DNA of 64,000 nucleotides from a virus, in the UHGV virus genome UHGV-0034108; one strand, written 5' to 3'. This document shows positions 50,130 to 59,291 of the stretch, one piece after another (the stretch's first letter is position 1; each line of letters opens with the position of its first letter). The notes beneath the pieces are model-generated. The model ran no database searches, was not told where the DNA came from, and saw nothing but the letters and a program-made list of their open reading frames with translations. A program made the position numbers and the translations under genes.

Positions 50130-50733
50130 CAGTTACCTTTCTGAATGCTCCCTGTGAAATCATCTTGTCGTATATCTGAGCGTCTATAAGCGAGAACGGA
50201 AAGACAAACAACGGCTCATGGTAGCATTCGTGAATGCCTGCGGTTGTCTTCAGTTGTATTTCGCCAGAGATGTCAGACTTTATTATCTCCGCGTCATTAT
50301 ATATAAGGGAGTATCGGCATTCTTCACTCCCGCTTTTAATGCGACCAAAAGCAAATCCGCCATTCGTTTTATATAGGTCACATGAACCATAGTTGACCGT
50401 CAGGTTTGATGCTGAGTTCTTGCATGCCTTCCTTACGACGACTGACTTTGTGAAGTCACGTTTGAGAAGCACTGTGTCTTTCTTCGAATGCTCCATTAAC
50501 CGGCATTGCTCAGCCGCTTCCGGACATACGAATTGACCTATTGTGTAGTTCAGAAGGTTCAGTGTTCTTATTGTCACCCTCTCGTAGACGGAAAGATTTT
50601 CACCGTTCTCTATCTTTTCCTGTGATTTGTATTGACCGTATATGACGTATATGAACCCGTTGACGATTGTGATTATCAGAGTTGCTACAATCATTGCCGG
50701 AAGCATTTTCGCAATTAGTTTTCGGTTTTTCAT
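50110..50733 (-). CDS. membrane-anchored hypothetical protein
   Basis: N-terminal TM MLPAMIVATLIITIVNGFIYVIY. Confidence 0.5.
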   Translation of the reverse strand: MKNRKLIAKMLPAMIVATLIITIVNGFIYVIYGQYKSQEKIENGENLSVYERVTIRTLNLLNYTIGQFVCPEAAEQCRLMEHSKKDTVLLKRDFTKSVVVRKACKNSASNLTVNYGSCDLYKTNGGFAFGRIKSGSEECRYSLIYNDAEIIKSDISGEIQLKTTAGIHECYHEPLFVFPFSLIDAQIYDKMISQGAFRKVTVIYELP

Positions 50734-51595
50734 CTTGTTTTTTGAGAGATTACTCTCGCGCGTGATTAAAGTTTTGAAAGTAAAAAGTCTAAAAAATTAA
50801 GACTTGTTATGTTTTATTGTCTTGTTAATGATGTTTAGCCGGAGGCAGGTGGGGTGAAGGTGGTTGAGCTTCTTGAGCAATCTTCTCCCCCTCCCACGAA
50901 GCCGGTATTTTCTCCGGCATGGCAGGATTAGAAGATTACCGGTGACAGGCTGTCGTGCTTCCTGGTGTGAAGTATGGTCCCGCCTCCCTCGTTCCGTCAC
51001 AGTGCCAGTACGGACTTCCCGAGATTAGCGATCTGGACATCGCCCGCTGGACCCTCTCAGGAACGGCAGGGTCTCACGCCTGTCGTCTTCTCCGGGTTTT
51101 GGTTCTCCAGCTGCCCCTCAACAGAGTCTTTTAAACTACTGCCGACCTTAAGGTCTGACCTACGGCTTTTTCAGATGTTTCGAGTGGCTACGCATTTCTG
51201 CGGACGAGCTACATCACGTTTGCTTTTGATTCGGTGACAGCGCTGTGTGTTCCGCACTACAGGCCTTTGCTTTCTCTGTCACCGTCGAACGAAAAAATCC
51301 GCCCGCAAGTTTCCTCGTCTCCGAGAAATAGCCACTCGAACTTGCAGGCGGATTATATATGGAGTTGCAATCCATAGTCCTATTTTGTACTGCAAGAGTG
51401 GGCTACCAAAAGCAGCACAACAAAGGTATGGATTATTGTTGAAAACTGCAACACTATTCACATAAATTTTCATATTTTTCTTCTTTTTCTGTCTTTAATA
51501 CAGCAAATGAAACAAAAAAGTTTTCTATATAACAAGTTTGTTTTGTTTATTGATAATAAACCACTATATTTGTCGCAACAAAAACACTTATAGCC
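50734..51595. other. approx. 860-nt noncoding GC-rich region (candidate ncRNA / divergent regulatory region)
   Basis: No credible ORF; GC-rich blocks, hairpin GACCCT..AGGGTC; contains minus-strand terminator. Confidence 0.4.
51286..51354 (-). terminator. Rho-independent terminator (minus strand)
   Basis: 16-bp stem AATCCGCCCGCAAGTT / AACTTGCAGGCGGATT (15/16 paired) followed on minus strand by UUUUUUCGUUCG. Confidence 0.6.
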
Positions 51596-51739
51596 ATGAG
51601 GATGTATACCAGAGCTTTCAATAAGATGAGCGAACTTAACAAATTCGTAAATGAGAATGGAATCCAGAAAGACAACATAGTCAGTATCTTTCAATCAGTC
51701 GACGAGACATACCTCCTTGTATATTATGGCGAGTAGTTC
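51596..51739 (+). CDS. small protein (47 aa), first gene of + strand late operon
   Basis: MRMYTRAFNKMSELNKFVNENGIQKDNIVSIFQSVDETYLLVYYGE; below ORF-track size cutoff. Confidence 0.35.
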
Positions 51740-51959
51740 TGAACTTACAATAGAGGAGTACAATGAGCCTGTGTACTACTGTCGTGACTGTCATTCGCTG
51801 AAGGTTATCATAAATGAGGGTCTTGCGAATGACGAGTGGGACGGGTCGTACTGCGGTGACTGCGGTTCTGCCAATATCGGTGAGTGTTGTTTCGGCGAGT
51901 GGCTTGACGTTGAGGAGGCTAATGCTGAGCGTGCGAGGGTTAGGGAATGGAACAGATAA
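51717..51959 (+). CDS. zinc-ribbon protein
   Basis: CRDCHS..CGDCGS. Confidence 0.5.
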   Translation: MYIMASSSELTIEEYNEPVYYCRDCHSLKVIINEGLANDEWDGSYCGDCGSANIGECCFGEWLDVEEANAERARVREWNR

Positions 51960-52375
51960 CGAGGATTGATGGGAGGATTTACTATGGTACGGAACAGTGC
52001 ATGTCAGTCGATGACGCCTATTCAAGATTTCGTGATGACTATCACCGCTCTCTCGGACGAGAAAAGAGTAACAGACTGGACAGGCTTGGGCAGCGTAGGG
52101 AGAGGATACACGGTTTCGGTTTCGTGTTCTCCGGAGATGTACCCGGTCTGGAAAGGTTTGGTTGCCGGGGACGTTACAGGTGCAGACTCATGGGTCTCGT
52201 CGGAATCAGTTACGTGAGGGGGGTTGGTATATGGGACTATTCGGATGTTGGAGATGCAGAATTTGAGGAGTGGTTGGACTGGATATTCTCACGAGGAAAC
52301 ACGTCTCTTGTTACAACAGGTATTCGTGATAAGGTAGGAAGAACAAACAAAAGAAAAAATACAAGATATAGATAA
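51947..52375 (+). CDS. hypothetical protein
   Basis: 142-aa ORF, Arg/Gly-rich. Confidence 0.45.
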   Translation: MEQITRIDGRIYYGTEQCMSVDDAYSRFRDDYHRSLGREKSNRLDRLGQRRERIHGFGFVFSGDVPGLERFGCRGRYRCRLMGLVGISYVRGVGIWDYSDVGDAEFEEWLDWIFSRGNTSLVTTGIRDKVGRTNKRKNTRYR

Positions 52376-52396
52376 ACCAACTAATATTTAAATGCA

Positions 52397-52744
52397 ATGG
52401 AAGAAAAGAAACAACCAGTAATGAAGCCGGTACAGCCGACTAAGAAGCTCACTTACGAGGAACTCAATCAGGCAGCGAGTGAACTGCACACACAGTATCA
52501 GAAGCTTGCTCAGGAGTACCAGAAAGTGGTGGCAGCACTCAACAACAGGCAGTTTGACTACATGTCATTCTTGCTTCAGATGCTTTTCAAGGTTATGGAG
52601 CACCCGGAGATGTATACTCAGGAGTTCGTAAAATGGGCATCGTCTAATATCGAGGAGTCCTTGAAGGGGTTTGCTCAGAGTATCACGTCTGCATCTGAGG
52701 ATGGATGCAAACCTGAAGAGGGGCCTTTGAATGAAGCCGAATAA
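52397..52744 (+). CDS. hypothetical protein
   Basis: 115-aa ORF. Confidence 0.5.
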   Translation: MEEKKQPVMKPVQPTKKLTYEELNQAASELHTQYQKLAQEYQKVVAALNNRQFDYMSFLLQMLFKVMEHPEMYTQEFVKWASSNIEESLKGFAQSITSASEDGCKPEEGPLNEAE

Positions 52745-53144
52745 TGTCTTTCTCGTGCCGTGTACGGAGAACTCGTTCTACAGATCGTGGATCGAGTTCT
52801 TAACTCCGTACCACAAACTCACGGCACGTGAGAAGGATGTTGCCGCGAGGTTGTTGATGCAGTATTTCCGGTTCAGAGACAATGTGCCTGATGATGATGT
52901 ACTCCGCGAATTGATGTGGTCAAAGAAATCAAGGACGGACATTATGTCATCTCTCGGAATGTCACAAGCTCATTTCCAGATGATACTCACAAAGTTGAAG
53001 ACAGCCGGTTTCTTAAAGGATGGCAACATTAATCCGCGTTTCCTTCCGCATAAGGTGCAGGGGGATTCGCGGTTTATGCTTAAGGTTGTGTTTGACTGGT
53101 CATCTGAGAAAAATCCTATAAGGCATGGGGAGGAGAAAGCTTGA
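52731..53144 (+). CDS. hypothetical protein
   Basis: 137-aa ORF. Confidence 0.5.
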   Translation: MKPNNVFLVPCTENSFYRSWIEFLTPYHKLTAREKDVAARLLMQYFRFRDNVPDDDVLRELMWSKKSRTDIMSSLGMSQAHFQMILTKLKTAGFLKDGNINPRFLPHKVQGDSRFMLKVVFDWSSEKNPIRHGEEKA

Positions 53145-53592
53145 GGACGGGGATATCTTATTGGTGTCGAAGAATCTTGGAGTTCCGGTAGAAGAAGTAC
53201 GCAGGATTGTACACTCGTTCTTTGATGATATTGGCTCAAAGGCACGACGGCTTCCGTTTGCCGATACAAGCAGGATACATAGGAGGAAATCATTTGACAA
53301 GTATTTGTTTGCCGTGAACATTCCCTGTATCGGACGTATTGGTCCTGTGTATAGCCGTTACTTAAAGTGGCTTGAGAACGAATCCGGAATGTCAGGCCAG
53401 GAGCTGCGTAAAGCACATCAAAGGAGACTGACAAAGGATGAGGTTGAATCACTTGCAGCTGATATACTCTCCGGAAGAATGCCTGATATGCCTGAAAGAA
53501 AAAAAGGAAATGAAGTTTATAGGCGGATATGGCTTGTGGATGCGGACGGAAAACGCTTGGCACGACAAGTCTTTCCAAAAAAGCTTAGGTAA
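53125..53592 (+). CDS. hypothetical protein (possible DNA-binding)
   Basis: 155-aa ORF, basic. Confidence 0.45.
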   Translation: MGRRKLEDGDILLVSKNLGVPVEEVRRIVHSFFDDIGSKARRLPFADTSRIHRRKSFDKYLFAVNIPCIGRIGPVYSRYLKWLENESGMSGQELRKAHQRRLTKDEVESLAADILSGRMPDMPERKKGNEVYRRIWLVDADGKRLARQVFPKKLR

Positions 53593-53621
53593 TGTTTAAG
53601 TAATGTTTAAGTAATGTTTAA
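53589..53621. repeat. 3 x 11-bp perfect tandem repeat GTAATGTTTAA spanning upstream stop and downstream start codon
   Basis: Copies at 53589..53599, 53600..53610, 53611..53621; each contains ATG..TAA. Confidence 0.85.
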
Positions 53622-54012
53622 GATTAAGAAGGTAAGGCCGTTGTTCACCGGAATCGTGACCACGGCGAAAAAGTATGTCGGAGAAGTGAAGACTTCCGGT
53701 GGTCTTCTTCTCGACACGACACGAATGGAGGGAAGCCTCAACCCATATCAGACGGTAGTGTCTGTTGGTGCGATGTGCAAGGATGTAAAGCCTGGGGATG
53801 TTGTGAAGTTGAACTTCAAGCGATATGCGAAGGCTAATCATGCTCCGGGAGCTATTGACGAGGCTCAGAACAAACAATTCGATAACCTGTCTATAGTGTA
53901 CGAGATACCGATGATAGACATTGATGGGCAGGAGTGCTTATTCCTACAGTCCAATGATATAGAATATGTGGTTGAGGATTATGATGTTGACGAGGGTGGA
54001 CTTTTGCAATAA
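53614..54012 (+). CDS. GroES-like co-chaperonin
   Basis: KVRPLFTGIVTT..SGGLLL..VVSVGAM..VKPGDVVKL..DIEYVVED parallels GroES RPLHDRVIV..SGGIVL..VLAVG..VKVGDIV. Confidence 0.5.
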   Translation: MFKIKKVRPLFTGIVTTAKKYVGEVKTSGGLLLDTTRMEGSLNPYQTVVSVGAMCKDVKPGDVVKLNFKRYAKANHAPGAIDEAQNKQFDNLSIVYEIPMIDIDGQECLFLQSNDIEYVVEDYDVDEGGLLQ

Positions 54013-54028
54013 TTAAAACACTTATTAT

Positions 54029-54238
54029 ATGGCAACTCAAAAGATTAGCGCAGATGAGCGCAGGTGGCGTGCTGAAGAGGACGCAAACACCATGGCAAGG
54101 TATGAAGAGATAATGTCAGACAAGGCACGTAGGTCTGCTGCCGTGAAGATGGCACAGTCAAAGGCTACTGACCTCAACAAACGTGCTGCTGCCATGAACC
54201 GTGTCGCAGGTATGAAGCCTTCAACAAAGAAGAAGTAG
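54029..54238 (+). CDS. hypothetical basic protein
   Basis: 69-aa ORF. Confidence 0.4.
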   Translation: MATQKISADERRWRAEEDANTMARYEEIMSDKARRSAAVKMAQSKATDLNKRAAAMNRVAGMKPSTKKK

Positions 54239-54239
54239 T

Positions 54240-54785
54240 ATGAAATTAATAGAGTTCGATGGTGTTGATTTCAAGGTAGCGGACGAGGCTTTCCTTATAC
54301 GTCCCATACGTGAGTTGTTTCAGAGGGACGGAACAAAGAAGAAGGAAGATTTCTGGAGGCAGATGTCTTACTTGTGGTTCATGTGTGATCCGAGGAGTAC
54401 CTATATGTATATCACAGATCAGGATAAGCGTGCCGCTGAGATAAAGAAGACAGAAGGTTTCGATGATGACTGGGAACCTGATGAACTTCTTCTGGACGCT
54501 ATGGATGCCTACAGGAGACAGACAACTACTACTGCCTCCGTCCTGCTTGAAGGCATGCGTAAGGGAATTGACAAGCTTGTAATGTTCTTCAATGACTTTG
54601 ACCTTTTCGCTCTCGACAAGAACGACAGGCCCATATATCAGGTGAGTACAATGACAGGTGCGCTAAAGCAGATACCGGACTTGGCCAAGGCTCTTGCAGA
54701 TGCTGAAAAGGCTCTTGCAAAGGATTTCGTGGAGGATGATAAGGCACGCGGTGGACTCGAAAAATCAGTTGCGGAGGATTGGTAA
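54240..54785 (+). CDS. hypothetical protein
   Basis: 181-aa ORF. Confidence 0.5.
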   Translation: MKLIEFDGVDFKVADEAFLIRPIRELFQRDGTKKKEDFWRQMSYLWFMCDPRSTYMYITDQDKRAAEIKKTEGFDDDWEPDELLLDAMDAYRRQTTTTASVLLEGMRKGIDKLVMFFNDFDLFALDKNDRPIYQVSTMTGALKQIPDLAKALADAEKALAKDFVEDDKARGGLEKSVAEDW

Positions 54786-55348
54786 TGGAATATAAATCTG
54801 TAAAAGACTTTAGTGTAAACACACTTGAGATTGGTGGTTTAGTCGGGGCATTCTCAGCCTTGCATCTCCCATTTGGTAAGGACTGCGGTTCCATTGCCGG
54901 GACTTTTTGCGAAACAGATGAGCGGGGGCAGTTGACATATTCTGCATTCATCACCCCTTCCGATGGTGACATGAGTCTTCTTGAGAAACTTCGTTCACAC
55001 GGTGATGAACATGCTAAGGTACTTCGTGGTATTATGGTGTGGTGCGAGATTAATGCACCGCGTTACTGGTGGCAGGAGATGGCTACATACAGGATAGGCT
55101 CGGAGCAGCTCAGTTCAGAGTCCACGATGCACATACAGGGGAAGGGACTGTCTCAAGACGAGCTTATTGAGATGAAAGAAAACCTGCCTGAGGGTTTCAT
55201 GCAGAAACGTATCTGGATGTTCTCGTATCAAACTCTTGGAAGGATTTACCGTCAAAGGAAGAATCATAGACTTCCGCAGTGGTGGTCATTTTGCGACTGG
55301 ATACAGTCACTCCCATATTCGGAACTTATTATAGGAGCAGAGAAATAG
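54779..55348 (+). CDS. hypothetical protein immediately upstream of terL (position typical of small terminase subunit)
   Basis: 189-aa ORF; positional inference only. Confidence 0.35.
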   Translation: MVMEYKSVKDFSVNTLEIGGLVGAFSALHLPFGKDCGSIAGTFCETDERGQLTYSAFITPSDGDMSLLEKLRSHGDEHAKVLRGIMVWCEINAPRYWWQEMATYRIGSEQLSSESTMHIQGKGLSQDELIEMKENLPEGFMQKRIWMFSYQTLGRIYRQRKNHRLPQWWSFCDWIQSLPYSELIIGAEK

Positions 55349-57613
55349 GTGACTGACACTGTAATCATACCAACCAATGAATATCAGACTCCGATAACGA
55401 AGGAACTGCTTGATATGTACCCGGATGAGGTGCAGGAGCAGTTCCTTGAGTTCGTCGATACAGTACCTCTTATAAAATACATGATAGGCACTGACAGGAA
55501 GCGTGCCCGTGATTTGGCGAGGGATTCTAAGGGCAGGATTATAGTGGATATAACTCATCCCCATATATTGGAGGATATGGATTACTTCCGTCCAGCTGCA
55601 AAGTTCTTTCAGGAGAACAAATGTTATACTTTGCTTCAGCCGAACTCCAATTCCAAGAGTGAGTTTGGTAAATGGCTTTCTGAAGAATTTAGACGTTGCC
55701 GTGAGGGTTATGTCCGTGAATCTGATGGCGAGTGGGTCACTGGGCAGATGTATTGGTTTCTCAACTACTGTCCGATAATGCTGAACAGACTTGCTCCAGG
55801 GACTGATATATATGTTAGGATTGAGGAGTTTCCAGATTTCTGGGAAGGTATCTATTACAGATTTCATTACATAGATCAGGCTCGTCATTCCGGAAAACAC
55901 TGTATGGAGCTTGCTCGCAGAGGTTGCGGGAAAAGCTACTCACTCGCATCACTTATGTCACATAACCTCATACTTGGGGAAAACGAGGTAGCCAAATCGC
56001 GTGTTACGACTGTTTTGACGGCAGGTACAAAGGAGTACCTTGCGGATAAGGACGGTACGTTCACGAAATTTTCACCGATGATTGACTTCTGTGCTAATAA
56101 CACATTCTTTCCAAGGCTGATGCTGAAGCGCTCTCCTTCCGAGATGATATGGAGGATGGGTTACAAGAATAGCAATAAGAATGAACTCGGTTCTCTCAAT
56201 TCAGTGATGGGACTTTCCGTAAAAGATGATGAGGGAAAGATTAGAGGAAAACGAGGATATATCTTGTTTGAGGAGATGGGTAACTACGCAAACTTCAAGG
56301 AGGTGTGGGATAACGTGCGCGACTCTGTAAAGGAAGGAAGTCATGTGTTCAGCCTTTTATACGCTGTAGGTACTGCTGGTGATGACGAGTCTGACTTCTC
56401 CGGTGTCCGTACAATTCTTTATAATCCTTCAGCGTATGAGGTCTATGCACTTGTAAATGTTTATGATAAAGTAGGCAAGGGTACAAACAAGTTTGCATAT
56501 TTCTTTCCATCATATATATCAAGAGCCGGATGCATGGATAAGGATGGAAACTCAGATGTCGTGAAGGCACTCTTCGAGATACTCATGGAGCGGTGGATGG
56601 TAAAGCAGGGTGGAGATGCCAAGTCACTCTTGTCAAGAATAGCACAGATGCCTATCACACCGGCTGAGGCAATCCTCAAGGTGAAGTCTAACTTCTTTCC
56701 TGTGACAATGCTTACAGAAAGATTGAGGCAGCTCGACCAGGACCCGCACGCCTACGATGACGTGTATGTCGGGACTCTTATTGAGGTGAATGGTAAGGTT
56801 GAGTTTCGAGCAACGGATGATGTTCCTATAAGGCAATGGCAGGTGGACAATACTAATCAGGGTGCTCTTGAGATATACGAGATGCCTGCATCCGGACATA
56901 TACCAAGCAACAGGTATATAGCAAGTCTCGACCCTGTTGATAATGATCAGGCTGAATCCACATCATTTTCCAGTTGCTTTGTGTTCGATCTGTTCACTGA
57001 TAGGATAGTCGCTGAATACACAGGACGAATGCCATTTGCGGATGATAATTTTGAAATGGCAAGACTGATGTGCTTGTTTTACAATGCAACCATACTTGTT
57101 GAGGCCAATAAGAAAGGCTACTATGCGTATTTTGCAAAGAAGCATTGTACCTGGCTGCTTGCGGACTGTCCTGAATATTTACGAGATAGGCAGCTTGTGA
57201 AGTATTCGATGTTTGGATCTGCACAGAAGGGTGTGACAGTTAATGCTCCTATAATTGGGTTTGCTAATGGGCTGATACGTGACTGGCTGTGCAAGACAAC
57301 AGCTGTTGAGGTTAAAGATGAGCATGGTCAGATTACAATCCAGCAAATACCTAATCTTTACAGACTTCGCAACAGGGCACTTATTGAGGAGTTGATAGGC
57401 TACTCGGCAGAAAAGAATACAGACCGTGTACGTTCTCTTGCCCAGCTTATGCTGTACAGGGAGCAGTTTATAATTCTGTATGGCGGTTCACCTGAATCAG
57501 GTGATGTGTCGAATGATGATGTTTCGTCTGATGAGTTCTTTGATCGTGACTGGAAAAGACAGACAGGATCTTATAACGATTTTTATGAGTACATGAAGCA
57601 GTTTTTCAAATGA
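55349..57613 (+). CDS. terL: terminase large subunit
   Basis: 754 aa; Walker A RRGCGKSYS; typical ATPase-nuclease size and neighbourhood. Confidence 0.75.
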   Translation: MTDTVIIPTNEYQTPITKELLDMYPDEVQEQFLEFVDTVPLIKYMIGTDRKRARDLARDSKGRIIVDITHPHILEDMDYFRPAAKFFQENKCYTLLQPNSNSKSEFGKWLSEEFRRCREGYVRESDGEWVTGQMYWFLNYCPIMLNRLAPGTDIYVRIEEFPDFWEGIYYRFHYIDQARHSGKHCMELARRGCGKSYSLASLMSHNLILGENEVAKSRVTTVLTAGTKEYLADKDGTFTKFSPMIDFCANNTFFPRLMLKRSPSEMIWRMGYKNSNKNELGSLNSVMGLSVKDDEGKIRGKRGYILFEEMGNYANFKEVWDNVRDSVKEGSHVFSLLYAVGTAGDDESDFSGVRTILYNPSAYEVYALVNVYDKVGKGTNKFAYFFPSYISRAGCMDKDGNSDVVKALFEILMERWMVKQGGDAKSLLSRIAQMPITPAEAILKVKSNFFPVTMLTERLRQLDQDPHAYDDVYVGTLIEVNGKVEFRATDDVPIRQWQVDNTNQGALEIYEMPASGHIPSNRYIASLDPVDNDQAESTSFSSCFVFDLFTDRIVAEYTGRMPFADDNFEMARLMCLFYNATILVEANKKGYYAYFAKKHCTWLLADCPEYLRDRQLVKYSMFGSAQKGVTVNAPIIGFANGLIRDWLCKTTAVEVKDEHGQITIQQIPNLYRLRNRALIEELIGYSAEKNTDRVRSLAQLMLYREQFIILYGGSPESGDVSNDDVSSDEFFDRDWKRQTGSYNDFYEYMKQFFK

Positions 57614-57981
57614 TTAATAAGTATCTAAATAAGAAGACGGAGATTGATGGTCGAGTGTTTGACTCACGCAAGGAGGCTAAATACTATTTGTACTTGAAGC
57701 AGTGTGCAGCGGATGGGTCTATCAGTGACCTGCGTATGCAAGTTCCGTATGAACTTGTACCGGCAGTGTGGGAGGAGCAGGTTGTACATCTGAAGACAAA
57801 GGACAAGATTGTTAGACGGCAAGTGCAGAAGCCTATAACGTATGTGGCTGATTTTGTGTATGTTGATAACATTACGGGGAAGACTATAGTAACCGATGTG
57901 AAAGGTTTCAGGACCAAGGAGTATTACCTCAAGAAAAAGATGATGAGGGCACTTCTTGGCATTTCTATAACCGAAGTATGA
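57610..57981 (+). CDS. small PD-(D/E)XK-like nuclease (DUF1064-like)
   Basis: ..TYVADFVYVDNITGKTIVTDVKGFRT.. D / D-x-K pattern; overlaps terL stop (ATGA). Confidence 0.4.
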   Translation: MINKYLNKKTEIDGRVFDSRKEAKYYLYLKQCAADGSISDLRMQVPYELVPAVWEEQVVHLKTKDKIVRRQVQKPITYVADFVYVDNITGKTIVTDVKGFRTKEYYLKKKMMRALLGISITEV

Positions 57982-58094
57982 TATTATAAGTCTTGTTAGT
58001 AAAACAAAGTGTTTTAGTTAAAATAAATAAAATTGTTAGTTACCGCCAAGTGAATCACTTATGGCGGTTTTTTGTTTTACATATATAGGTATTT

Positions 58095-59267
58095 TTGCCG
58101 CAAACAAATAAATGGAGAATTAAAATGGATGAATTAGGATTTGATATCGGGGGACTTCTCTCAGAGGAGGAAGCCGAGCAGCTCTTTGAGGAACAGGCGG
58201 CTGCTGAGAAAGAAGGTACGCCTGAAGAAACAAATAAAGAAAAACCCGCTGAGGAAGCTGAGGAAACCGAAGCTCCGGAGGAAGTAGGCGAGGAAGATAA
58301 TAAAGAAGACGGGAGCAATGCCGCCGTTCAAGAGGGCGACGGTTCTTCTCCAAGCATTTATTCTTCCATTGCCAGCGCTTTGAAGAATGACGGCATATTC
58401 CCCGACTTCGACGATGACGAACTTGGTTCCGTGCAGTCGCCAGAAGACTTCGCTGAACTTTTTGAAAAGGCCATCACGTCCAAGCTTGACGAAAGGCAAA
58501 GACGTATAGATGCCGCACTTGGTAATGGTGTTGCTCCAGACACGGTGAAGATGTATGAGCAGACATTACAGTATCTCGGTTCTATAAATGAGGAAGTGCT
58601 TTCTGCTGAAGGTCAGGACGGTGAGGACTTGCGTAGGCAACTTATTTACAATGATCTTATCAACCGTGGTTATTCTGATGAGAAAGCCCGCAAGGAAGTT
58701 GATAAGTCATTCAAGTCCGGCAGTGATGTTGAGGATGCAAAGGATGCACTCGAATCACTTAATGACTTCTATGGAAATGGCTACAAAAAAGTTCAGGAAG
58801 ATGCCAAGAAGCAGGCTGAAGAATTTCGTGCTGCCCAGAAGAAGCAGACAGAAGATTTCAAAAAGTTGGTGCTCGATGACGATGTGAAGATAGGTGATGT
58901 CAGTCTCGACAAGACAACTAAGCAGCGTGTATTCGATGCGGTCTCCAAGCCTGTCTTTAAGGACAAGGACACCGGGAAGCTTCTAACAGCGGTACAGAAA
59001 TTCCAGAAGGAGCAGCCTCTTGAGTTTTTGAAGCAACTCGGAATGTGGTATGTCCTCACAGATGGTGGGAAGAGCATGGACGGATTCACAAAGGAGCAAG
59101 TTCGTAAGGAAAAGAACAGAGCAATCAAGGAACTTGGACGAAAGATAAACACATCGTCCATCGGTCGTGATGGCTCGCTCAGATACGTTTCCGGCAGCGA
59201 TGGTGGATCTGGAGATCCGATACTGTCAGATGGTTGGAAAGTAGGCTGGGGTGACACGAACATTTAA
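58095..59267 (+). CDS. head-assembly protein with acidic N-terminus (scaffold/portal-associated candidate)
   Basis: 390 aa; residues 20-75 E-rich. Confidence 0.4.
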   Translation: MPQTNKWRIKMDELGFDIGGLLSEEEAEQLFEEQAAAEKEGTPEETNKEKPAEEAEETEAPEEVGEEDNKEDGSNAAVQEGDGSSPSIYSSIASALKNDGIFPDFDDDELGSVQSPEDFAELFEKAITSKLDERQRRIDAALGNGVAPDTVKMYEQTLQYLGSINEEVLSAEGQDGEDLRRQLIYNDLINRGYSDEKARKEVDKSFKSGSDVEDAKDALESLNDFYGNGYKKVQEDAKKQAEEFRAAQKKQTEDFKKLVLDDDVKIGDVSLDKTTKQRVFDAVSKPVFKDKDTGKLLTAVQKFQKEQPLEFLKQLGMWYVLTDGGKSMDGFTKEQVRKEKNRAIKELGRKINTSSIGRDGSLRYVSGSDGGSGDPILSDGWKVGWGDTNI

Positions 59268-59291
59268 GTTTAACTCAAAATTTTTAGAACT

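Noticed and set aside
50800-51250. Short resemblances to RNase P RNA (GGGTGAAGGTGG; GGGAAGTCCG on opposite strand) and to tmRNA
   Set aside because: The matches are on opposite strands and there is no T-arm/CCA end or tag reading frame. The evidence is insufficient and the region is left as an unspecified structured noncoding region.
51279-51473. 64-aa minus-strand ORF
   Set aside because: It overlaps the terminator hairpin and U-tract and is unlikely to be coding.
54779-55348. ThyX-like thymidylate synthase call for the 189-aa protein upstream of terL
   Set aside because: Only a partial RI(G)SxxxSS resemblance to the ThyX RHRxxSxxxxSxR motif is present, and the protein is too short. It is kept as hypothetical.
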